From Dehalococcoidia bacterium (lineage in GTDB: Bacteria > Chloroflexota > Dehalococcoidia > Plut-88900), in the NCBI GenBank assembly GCA_965207225.1, contig CBDBLV010000001.1:160001-224000 (forward strand): a DNA stretch of 64,000 nt, written 5' to 3'. This document shows positions 8,952-16,436 of the stretch, piece after piece. Each line of letters starts with the position of its first letter. Within the stretch, counting starts at the first letter, position 1. The notes under the pieces are model-generated. The model made no database searches and was not told the DNA's origin. It was given only the letters and a program-made list of their open reading frames with translations. The translations under genes and the position numbers were made by a program.

Positions 8952-8962
8952 CTGAAACCTCT

Positions 8963-9116
8963 TTGACGACGCCCCACTCGTCGCGGTATCATGAGAACGA
9001 AGTTGGCCCGGCGATGCTGCAAACACCCCGGGCCGTGGCCCCACCTGCGGCAGCAGGCAGCGCGTCGGTATTGTACTACCAGCAGACCCGCTCCCGACAG
9101 GAGGCGGGTCTGTTTT
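8963..9116 (+). promoter_or_regulatory. Recombinase promoter with structured leader and intrinsic terminator
   Basis: TTGACG(8963)-18 nt-TATCAT, a GGCCCG..CGGGCC hairpin, then CAGACCCGC..GCGGGTCTG-TTTT at 9083-9116. Confidence 0.6.
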
Positions 9117-9144
9117 AGTTTCTGAGAGATTGATGGAGGTTTAC

Positions 9145-10728
9145 ATGGCGAGAAGAACCGATAGAAACGCGCCCAAGAAGCGAGCGGCCATCTATGCCCG
9201 CGTCTCCGACAAGAGCCAGGCCGAGGAGGACAAGACATCCATCTCCGAGCAGATGGGCGACATGGAAGCCTACTGCGAGGAGAGGGGCATGGCCGTCGTG
9301 GCACGCTATCAGGAGGTCGGTCGGGGCTGGTCGAAGAAACGCCCGGAGTTCCAGAGGATGCTCGCCGACGCCAGGATGGGACGCTTCGACACCATCGTAT
9401 GCTGGAAGTCCGACCGGCTCAGCAGGGGCATGTACCCCGCAGCCGCCCTCATGGAGGTCGTCGAGGCGTACCGCATCGGCATCGAGGCTGTCATGGACGC
9501 CATCGACATGAAGACCTTCGGACTCATGGCGGCCATCGGCAAGATCGAACTGGACAACTTCAGGGAGCGTGCCTCTATGGGCAAGCGCGGCAAGGCCAAG
9601 CAGGGCAGGCTGCCCACCGGGTCGCCGCCCTACGGCTATCGCGTCGACGAGCACGGCAACCCCTACGTCTACGAGCCGGAGGCCAAGTTCATCCGCCGCA
9701 TCTTCCGACAGTATGCCGAAGAGGGCATGACCGCTCCCGCCATCGTCCTGGGGTTGGAGCGGGACGGCGCGCCCCTGCCGCCCAGGTGCTCCAAGTGGCG
9801 CAAGGAGCGAGTCCACGCCATTATGAGCAGCGAGACCTACAGGGGCACCTACTGGTACGGCAAGAGCAGTTGGGTGACCACCGAGGACGGAACCAAGGGA
9901 ACGAAGAATCCAAAGGACACCTGGATAGGCATCCCGTTCCCACCCCTCGTGGATGAGAAGACCTGGGAGCGGGTGAAGGCGCGCAAGTTCAAGCGGTTCA
10001 GCCACTCCAAGCGCAACACCAAGACCTTCTACCTCCTCCAGCACATGGTCAGGTGCTCCGAGTGCGGGTTGTATCTCCACGGCAGGGCGCAGAGCAAAAA
10101 GTCCCAGTACTACAACGGGAAGCGCTACGCCTATACCCTCGACCCTCCCCACCGCTACTACCGCTGCGGTGGGATGACATCCCACAAGCTGGAGTGCCGT
10201 AGACCGGGCTTCATCAAGGCCGAACGGCTGGAGGAGTTCGTCTGGAGCGAGGTCAAGAGAATGTTGCAGAATCCCGGCCTCATCGTCGCTGGCATCGAGT
10301 CGCTGGGCTCTCAGGAGGACGACGGCTGGGAGAAGGAGATCGACAGGGTCGAGCGCGAGCTCAACAGGGTCCAGTCCGAGGAGGACAGGGCCATCAGGCT
10401 ATACGTCTCGGCCAAGATCACCGAGGCCCAACTCGACCACCAGCGTAAGTTCATCACCGAACGGCTGGAGACGCTCCGCAGGGACTTGGACGACTACCGG
10501 GCGCAGCAGGCGGCGCTGGCCGAGAAACGCATCCTCATGGAGAATATCCTGGCATGGGCAAGCAAGGTCGGAGACCGTCTCGACGAAGTGCCCGACGAGC
10601 AGCGCAAGGACATCCTGAAACTGCTGCTGGACCAGGTGGTGATCGACGGCGACAATAACATCCGGTTCACCCTCGGCATCCCCGCCGAGGATTTGGTGTC
10701 AGTTAAGTACCCCGAATCAATACCCTAA
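9145..10728 (+). CDS. Large serine recombinase (integrase of element 1)
   Basis: YARVS, DRLSR, PYGY, Zn ribbon (CSEC..YYRC..C) and coiled coil. GGAGGT RBS. Confidence 0.95.
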   Translation: MARRTDRNAPKKRAAIYARVSDKSQAEEDKTSISEQMGDMEAYCEERGMAVVARYQEVGRGWSKKRPEFQRMLADARMGRFDTIVCWKSDRLSRGMYPAAALMEVVEAYRIGIEAVMDAIDMKTFGLMAAIGKIELDNFRERASMGKRGKAKQGRLPTGSPPYGYRVDEHGNPYVYEPEAKFIRRIFRQYAEEGMTAPAIVLGLERDGAPLPPRCSKWRKERVHAIMSSETYRGTYWYGKSSWVTTEDGTKGTKNPKDTWIGIPFPPLVDEKTWERVKARKFKRFSHSKRNTKTFYLLQHMVRCSECGLYLHGRAQSKKSQYYNGKRYAYTLDPPHRYYRCGGMTSHKLECRRPGFIKAERLEEFVWSEVKRMLQNPGLIVAGIESLGSQEDDGWEKEIDRVERELNRVQSEEDRAIRLYVSAKITEAQLDHQRKFITERLETLRRDLDDYRAQQAALAEKRILMENILAWASKVGDRLDEVPDEQRKDILKLLLDQVVIDGDNNIRFTLGIPAEDLVSVKYPESIP

Positions 10729-10751
10729 CCCTCTTGCACGGAGACCCCCCG

Positions 10752-11315
10752 ATGCCCGACCAAGAACTAACCCGCTGCTTCGGCTCACCCGACGACCCCC
10801 TCATGATGTCCTACCACGACAACGAATGGGGCATCCCCTTCCACGACGACCGGAAGCAGTTCGAGTTCCTCTGCCTCGAAAGCATGCAGTCCGGCCTCTC
10901 CTGGAAGACCATCCTCGACAAGCGCGAAAACTTCCGCAAGGCCTTCGCCAACTTCGACCCCGAGAAAGTAGCCTCCTACACCGACGCCGACATCCAGCGG
11001 CTCCTGTCCGACGCCGGGATCATCCGCAACCGACGCAAAATCGAGGCCATCATCAACAACGCCCGACGCTTCCTTGAAGTCCAGCGGGAATTCGGCTCCT
11101 TCGACGCCTACATCTGGCAGTTCACCGGCAACAAGGTCCTTCGTCGGGACCACGAGACCATGCCCGCCCAGACCCCCGAGTCGGAAGCCCTATCCAAGGA
11201 CCTCAAGGCCCGTGGCTTCAAATTCATGGGCCCCGTCGTCGTCTACTCCCACATGCAGGCCACGGGCCAGGTCAACGACCACCACCCCACCTGCTTCCGC
11301 GCCCCCAAACCCTGA
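10752..11315 (+). CDS. tag: DNA-3-methyladenine glycosylase I
   Basis: YHDNEWG, LESMQSGLSW, IIRNRRKI, GFKFMGP, NDH..C. Confidence 0.95.
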   Translation: MPDQELTRCFGSPDDPLMMSYHDNEWGIPFHDDRKQFEFLCLESMQSGLSWKTILDKRENFRKAFANFDPEKVASYTDADIQRLLSDAGIIRNRRKIEAIINNARRFLEVQREFGSFDAYIWQFTGNKVLRRDHETMPAQTPESEALSKDLKARGFKFMGPVVVYSHMQATGQVNDHHPTCFRAPKP

Positions 11316-11322
11316 CCTTCTT

Positions 11323-11360
11323 TCATCCCCCCCGAGCCGGAATCCATCAAGGGGCGGCAG
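11323..11360 (+). repeat. REP-like element (TCAT..CGGAATCCATC..GGGGCGGCA)
   Basis: A related copy lies at 12360-12402. Confidence 0.55.
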
Positions 11361-11405
11361 CACGGCTTGTCACCCCTCTATTGCATGTAGTAATCTAATC
11401 ATGTC

Positions 11406-11723
11406 ATGACCGATGCCATCGTCTTCGACAGCCACCAATTCGTCAGGAACCTTATCGCCAGCGGATTCACCGAGCGTCAGGCCGAGGCCCTCGCCAGCGA
11501 GCAGGTCCAGCTGCTCAACGCCAACCTAGCCACCAAAGCCGACCTTGAAGCCGTCCGATCCGACCTTGAGGCGAAAATTACGAACGTCCAGGCCGACCTT
11601 GAAGTGAAGCTGGCTAATCTTGATGTGAAGATCGCAAGCACCAAGTCCGACCTGCTGAAGTGGATGTTCGCCGCCCTCATTGCTCAAGGCGGGGTCATCG
11701 TCACCCTCGTCACCCTGCTCTAA
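11406..11723 (+). CDS. DUF1640/CCDC90-like coiled-coil protein with C-terminal TM
   Basis: FDSHQFVRNLIASGFTERQAEALA..LATKADL..DLLKWM plus TM segment. Confidence 0.8.
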   Translation: MTDAIVFDSHQFVRNLIASGFTERQAEALASEQVQLLNANLATKADLEAVRSDLEAKITNVQADLEVKLANLDVKIASTKSDLLKWMFAALIAQGGVIVTLVTLL

Positions 11724-11748
11724 CCCCCCACCCAGACGTAGCTAACAA

Positions 11749-11958
11749 ATGACCACCATTGAGGAACGAGTCAGCTACGTCGAAGGGAAACTTGATTCCC
11801 TTGCCACTAAGGAAGACTTGGCAAACGTCAAATCCGATCTAATGGCTGAAATCAGCAAAATTGAGCCCCGGATCATCAAATGGATGATCGGCATGGTGCT
11901 TAGCTCCGTGACAATTGCCACTACCCTTGCCATCTTCATCCAGCGCCTTATAGACTAG
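11749..11958 (+). CDS. Short DUF1640-like coiled-coil/TM paralogue
   Basis: LATKEDL..IIKWMIG..AIFIQRLID. Confidence 0.75.
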   Translation: MTTIEERVSYVEGKLDSLATKEDLANVKSDLMAEISKIEPRIIKWMIGMVLSSVTIATTLAIFIQRLID

Positions 11959-12017
11959 AGGACCTCCCCACCCTGTGGTACAATTAAGTCACACTGCCAC
12001 CCCACCGGAGCCAACTA

Positions 12018-12215
12018 ATGACCACTGCGGACGAAAGACTGGCCCGACTGGAAGGCGCCTATGAGCACTTGGCGACCAAGGCCGATGTAGCCGTCCTGAA
12101 GTCAGAAATCGCCAACCTGAAAGCCGACCTCCTAAAATGGATGGTAGGCATGATGATTAGCTCCGTGGCCCTCGCCGTCACCGTCGCCATCTTCATCCAG
12201 CGGCTCATAGACTAG
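12018..12215 (+). CDS. Short DUF1640-like coiled-coil/TM paralogue
   Basis: LATKADV..LLKWMVG..AIFIQRLID. Own extended -10 TGGTACAAT upstream. Confidence 0.75.
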   Translation: MTTADERLARLEGAYEHLATKADVAVLKSEIANLKADLLKWMVGMMISSVALAVTVAIFIQRLID

Positions 12216-12249
12216 ACGACCCCCCCACCCCCTCCCCCGAGGCCCGGGG

Positions 12250-12402
12250 CCGCTCACCCTGAGCGGAGTCGAAGGGTCGAGCGGGGGGAAGAAGGTTGAC
12301 CCCCCAACCCCCGACACCCCACCAGGTACCCAAACCCCCTCTCCCTCGATCACCCCCCCGTCATTTCCGACCCCTATCGGGAATCCATCCCCGGGGCGGC
12401 AG
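12250..12402 (+). repeat. Two REP-like palindromes
   Basis: CCGCTCACCCTGAGCGGAGTCGAAGGGTCGAGCGG (related copy near 15563) and GTCATTTCCGACCCCTATCGGGAATCCATC. Confidence 0.6.
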
Positions 12403-12466
12403 TGACGCGTACTCAATGAATGCAGCTTAGTTATAATTTCCACAATCGGATGCTATAGGAGATTCA

Positions 12467-13420
12467 GTGATGCCCCGTATGCCGAAGCCACTTCTTTGGT
12501 GGTCCGACGGAAACAAAGCAATTAGCTCTGCACTCACCAATAAGGAGGTGTGGCTCTACGGAAGTGGAGTCCGGCAACCTGCACCGTTTCAAATTCGTCG
12601 CCGCAACTTACTGACAAGAATACCTAGACTCGGTCAAGGAAGATTTGGGACTTGGGTCACCGATATACCTACTGAGTATCTAGGTAACGGAGAGATGCGC
12701 AGTCAGTTTCCCTGGCAGGCAACCTACGTTTCTTTCTCGCCCGGTTCAAGTGAATACTTCTTTACAGATAACAATGAAGGGGTTTCTGGTTCACTAACCG
12801 TGTCTAATATGCCAAATGTCAAATGGCGGCAGGCGAAGCATGGTGAAATGGCATTGAATCCAAAACTAGATTTGGGAGGATATATAAGGGCCATATTAGG
12901 AAGATTCAAACGAGATTATGAATTCACAATTGAAGGGGAATTGATTGCTCCTCAAGACCCAGATGTAGAAATAACACTGCTTGAGCCTGGCACATCAGAA
13001 CTGCTTTTGCGTAATACGGCCCAAGACATTCTCTTCAATGAGTTCGGAAGAAGAACCATGAGTGAACCCCGAGCTGCTGAAGAACGAGACCCTCAGTACG
13101 ATGAATTATGGGGACTGGCTACTCACAAAATCCAACCCCTTGTGGAAGACATGCCTCAGTCCTATCGACATACACGCTACCTAGCATCAGCAATGCGCCT
13201 CATCAATTCATATCTGGGACGAAGATATGTAGACTTTGCGATTCGTGGTTCAAACCGCTTTACTGTAAATGAGGATAAACCTTACCCAATCTCGATAACC
13301 CTTAGAGGCGACGGCCCTGTAAAGTTATTGTTTGCTCTTCAAGTTCGTAATACTGATACTGGTACAACGTCTATCTCGGAGTTTATGCCGGTAGTAGTTA
13401 AGGAACCGCCATTCTATTGA
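12467..13420 (+). CDS. Low-GC hypothetical protein
   Basis: 317-aa ORF, visibly more AT-rich than its flanks. TATAAT upstream. No family recognised. Confidence 0.7.
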   Translation: MMPRMPKPLLWWSDGNKAISSALTNKEVWLYGSGVRQPAPFQIRRRNLLTRIPRLGQGRFGTWVTDIPTEYLGNGEMRSQFPWQATYVSFSPGSSEYFFTDNNEGVSGSLTVSNMPNVKWRQAKHGEMALNPKLDLGGYIRAILGRFKRDYEFTIEGELIAPQDPDVEITLLEPGTSELLLRNTAQDILFNEFGRRTMSEPRAAEERDPQYDELWGLATHKIQPLVEDMPQSYRHTRYLASAMRLINSYLGRRYVDFAIRGSNRFTVNEDKPYPISITLRGDGPVKLLFALQVRNTDTGTTSISEFMPVVVKEPPFY

Positions 13421-13482
13421 ATGGTTTCCTCATCATCCCACCCCCGACTCCCCATATATAATGCCCTCCGAGGCCCGCCACC

Positions 13483-14307
13483 GTGCAAATCATAACAACC
13501 CCAACCTTCGACTGGCTCGCAGAGCACGCCCGAGCCTGTAGCTCTCGCCTGCTAATCGGCAGCCCCTTCGTCAACGATGGCATCCTGCAGTTGACCGACC
13601 TCGTCCCCAAAGAGGCATCCCGCACCCTCGTCACCCGCACTGACCTCCGTGACTTTGCCTTGGGAGCATCTAGCCTGGATACCCTTTGCTCCCTCAGTAA
13701 AGATGGAGTGACCATCCGCAGCCTTCATCGGCTTCATGCCAAGATATACGTCTTCGACTCTTCGGTTGCATTGGTAACTTCCGCCAATGCCACCCGCGCC
13801 GGCATGTGGAGGAACTTTGAATGTGGCTTGGGCATTACCGACAGTGTGACCGTCAGCACCTTGGCAAAGTCTCTGCTTAGCGGATTTGACACCAGGGAAG
13901 AAGTGGACGAGGTTGGCCTCAAAGAGCTTCAGGGCATGTATCGCCATCTGGAATCAATCAAGGTAATCGTCACCCCTCATCCGAAGCCTGGTGACGACGG
14001 CCCTCCCCCGTCCAAGCCCACCTTCTCGATACCCGACAAGCAGGCACTCCTGAAGGGGTTTACCGGCTGGCGAAGACTCACCCTGGAAGGCGTCTTGGAA
14101 ATGCCGGAAGACGGGTTCATGATGGACCAGTTGATAGAGGTTTGTGGCCCGGAGGCGTCTAGGAAATACCCTAAGAACCGTTTCGTTACCGAGAAGCTGC
14201 GCCAGCAGCTTCAAGTCCTGCGCAACAGGGGACTAGTCGAGTTCGTCAGCCCCGGAGTCTACCGGCGGACGATGGACGCCGCCGACCTAAGCAAAGAGTC
14301 GCCTTGA
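13483..14307 (+). CDS. PLD-family nuclease fused to DpnI-type winged helix (putative Gm6ATC-dependent endonuclease)
   Basis: HAKIYVFD..TSANAT (HKD motif). C-terminal KYPKNRFVTEKLRQQLQVLRNRGLVEFVSPGVYR matches the DpnI/Dam-replacing wH signature. Confidence 0.85.
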   Translation: MQIITTPTFDWLAEHARACSSRLLIGSPFVNDGILQLTDLVPKEASRTLVTRTDLRDFALGASSLDTLCSLSKDGVTIRSLHRLHAKIYVFDSSVALVTSANATRAGMWRNFECGLGITDSVTVSTLAKSLLSGFDTREEVDEVGLKELQGMYRHLESIKVIVTPHPKPGDDGPPPSKPTFSIPDKQALLKGFTGWRRLTLEGVLEMPEDGFMMDQLIEVCGPEASRKYPKNRFVTEKLRQQLQVLRNRGLVEFVSPGVYRRTMDAADLSKESP

Positions 14308-15087
14308 ACCGTCCGCCGGTGTGAGCCGTGCATAGGACAGTTCCGCGTACTCCTCCATAGACTCCGCCCCCCAGAACCTCCGACCCAGCCCCAGCGCCGC
14401 CACCCCCGTGCTCCCCGACCCCACAAACGGATCAAACACTATCTCCCCCGGGTGAGTCGACGCCCTCAGGCAACGTCGTATCGATGCCAGCGGCTTCTGC
14501 GTCGGGTGCTTCCCAAACCTCTTTTCGTCCCGGCCCGGCGGAGGCATCGTCCACACTGTCTTCATCTGCCGTCCGCCGTTCTCCTCCCGCATCACGTCGT
14601 AGTTAAACGTGTGCCGGTGCTTGCTCCCCTTCTTCGCCTTCGTCGCCCACAACAGCGTCTCCGTGGAATGCGTGAAGCACCTGCGCCCCAAATTCGGCGG
14701 AGGGTTCGGCTTCTCCCACTGGATATCGTTCAGGATCCGGTACCCCAGCTGCAGCATCGCCATCCCGACACTCAGGTAAACGTGTACCGTCCCCGTCACC
14801 CAGATCGTCCCCGCCGGCTTCAGGATGCCGTGGCACTCCGCCAGCCACTGCCTCGTGAAATCGTGGTCGCTCTCCAGCCCCCTGCTCCGGTCCCACTCCC
14901 CCTTGTTCACCTTCACCATCCTCCCCGCCACGCACGTTATCCCGTCGTTCGAAAGAAAATACGGCGGGTCCGTCCACACGCAGTCGACCGACTCGTCCGG
15001 TATCGACGACATCACGTCGAACGCGTTGCCCAGGTACAGGCGAGACAGGTTGTCGGCGGACTGCCAGAACGGCTCGAGGATTTGCAA
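14287..15087 (-). CDS. Beta-class N6/N4 DNA methyltransferase, DpnA (M2.DpnII)-like, probable GATC specificity
   Basis: DPPYFLSNDGIT..VNKGEWD, WEKPNPPPN, FTHSTET, KHPTQKP, DPFVGSGST. Confidence 0.9.
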   Translation of the reverse strand: MQILEPFWQSADNLSRLYLGNAFDVMSSIPDESVDCVWTDPPYFLSNDGITCVAGRMVKVNKGEWDRSRGLESDHDFTRQWLAECHGILKPAGTIWVTGTVHVYLSVGMAMLQLGYRILNDIQWEKPNPPPNLGRRCFTHSTETLLWATKAKKGSKHRHTFNYDVMREENGGRQMKTVWTMPPPGRDEKRFGKHPTQKPLASIRRCLRASTHPGEIVFDPFVGSGSTGVAALGLGRRFWGAESMEEYAELSYARLTPADGSRRLFA

Positions 15088-15094
15088 TAGCCTA

Positions 15095-15150
15095 GATCAA
15101 GCGTTCACACAAGCTCGATCCGATCCTACCACAAAAAAGATCGACTGATC
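15095..15150 (-). promoter_or_regulatory. Methyltransferase promoter with five GATC sites
   Basis: GATC at 15095, 15117, 15122, 15139 and 15147. Minus-strand extended -10 TGGTAGGAT overlaps one of them. Confidence 0.75.
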
Positions 15151-15249
15151 TACATAATGTTGTATCCCATTCCCAACACCAATCCCGACACCATATCTAT
15201 GATGATCGCAACCCGCTCCCACCCCACCCCCGGTCCGGAATCCCCTCCC

Positions 15250-15546
15250 CCCCAGTACCAAACTAGAGGCAAGCGCCTGCGCCAAGGCGCAGGCGCTTGC
15301 CTCTGTTTTTTCTCCCCCTCTCCCTCAATGGCCCTGAGGGAGAGGGGGACCAAGGGGGTGAGGGTTCCCCAGTGGGGCCGGGAGGCATTCCCTCCCCCTC
15401 CGCCCAGTACTGAACTAGAGGCCCACGTGCGTGCAGAGCACGCACGTGGGCCTCTATTCATCTTTCCCCCGCTCCCTTAAAGGCCCTAAGAGCCTGCCCC
15501 GAGTCCCTCGAGGGGGAGAGGGGGACCAAGGGGGCGAGGGCTCCCC
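15250..15546 (+). repeat. Two tandem ~150-nt units: conserved leader, 19-bp perfect hairpin of variable sequence, REP-like tail
   Basis: CCCAGTACYRAACTAGAGGC at 15251 and 15403. Hairpins at 15265-15304 and 15416-15456. Tail GGGAGAGGGGGACCAAGGGGGYGAGGG. Confidence 0.85.
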
Positions 15547-15562
15547 TCCCCGGGCGGAGGGG

Positions 15563-15965
15563 CCGCTCATGCTGAGGCGACTCGAAGTATGAGCGGGGAG
15601 AGGCCCGCGCTTGCCAACCCGTCTAGCCCCTTCATCACCAACCGTCCCCTTCTCCCCTGTCATTCCGATGCCCCGCGAGGAATCTGGGGAGGGGGCCGGC
15701 CCCCTCCCCCCAAAAATTTGACATTGCCCATTGACAAACAAACATTTGAGCTTTATATTTGTTCTAAGTCTAGACCCGACACTAACTAAAGGAGGAACCA
15801 AAACCCCAGGAAAGCCCCCGAGACCCGACCCCGAGGACTCAACGCCCTGGCCCATCCCAATACCTCTCCCCTCTCTTATAGGGGCGACCGGCCAATCGCT
15901 CTCCCTTGCGAGGCAAGCAGGTTGCGGCACAAGCGAAAGCGTCATCCCCGAGAAGTCGGGGACGC
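15563..15965. repeat. Cluster of further REP-like palindromes of several families
   Basis: CCGCTCATGCT..AGTATGAGCGG; GTCATTCCGA..GGAATCT; TAGGGGCGACCGGCCAATCGCTC; GTCATCCCCGAGAAGTCGGGGAC. Confidence 0.6.
15731..15799 (+). promoter_or_regulatory. Near-consensus sigma70 promoter and RBS with no start codon downstream
   Basis: TTGACA-17 nt-TATATT. AAAGGAGG is followed by AACCAAAACC, not ATG. Confidence 0.6.
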
Positions 15966-16436
15966 CATCTCCTCACCCAACGGGTCCCGTGCCCCTTCCC
16001 TGACCATCCAGGCGATGGAAGGTCCACAACATTAAACGGCACGCCCCTCATATAGGAGCCCTGCCGAAAAACCTCGGGCCTTATGGCCCTTGGAAAAATC
16101 TCCCCCGTCGTTCCCTTCGGAGATTCCCATTAACCTAGCGACGGCAGCGAGAAAACACCTCCCCACCCCTCCGAGTGGGCTAGGAAAACTGAGAAACTGA
16201 TGGTAGAGACGCCCTCAGGCGAGGTCTCCTCGCTTGTCTGCCATGTGACACAGGAACACGGGGCTGAACCAGGCTGGCCTCCCGCCCCCTGAAACTGAGT
16301 CCCGGACCTTCCATCGCCGACCCAAAACCCGACAGAACAATCAAAACCCCATCCCCACAACCGAATAACCCCCTCCCGTGCGGCTCCTTCACCCCTGTGC
16401 TACCATGCCCCCATCCCCGACCCCGCGGAGGCCCCC

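Larger units (their letters stand above)
8056..9252 (+). repeat. Perfect 69-bp direct repeat (8056-8124 and 9184-9252)
   Basis: GCGGCCATCTATGCCCGCGTCTCCGACAAG...CATCTCCGAGCAG occurs twice. Confidence 0.95.
1..10710 (+). mobile_element. Integrative conjugative-like element 1 (right part; left end outside window)
   Basis: VirD4-like and Replication-relaxation genes paralogous to element 2, XRE/ImmA regulators, TA cargo and a terminal large serine recombinase. Composition switches to C-rich host-like DNA at about 10710. Boundary approximate. Confidence 0.8.

Noticed and set aside
8017-8955. 312-aa plus-strand ORF as a full recombinase-like gene
   Set aside because: Only the first 36 codons are recombinase. 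The rest is mostly the antisense shadow of the NYN gene.
15250-15546. CRISPR array
   Set aside because: Only two units with a ~152-nt period, the variable parts are perfect palindromes, and no cas genes are present.
15150-16400. Short ORFs in the REP-rich spacer
   Set aside because: Pro/Gly-rich translations of palindromes without credible RBS-start pairs.
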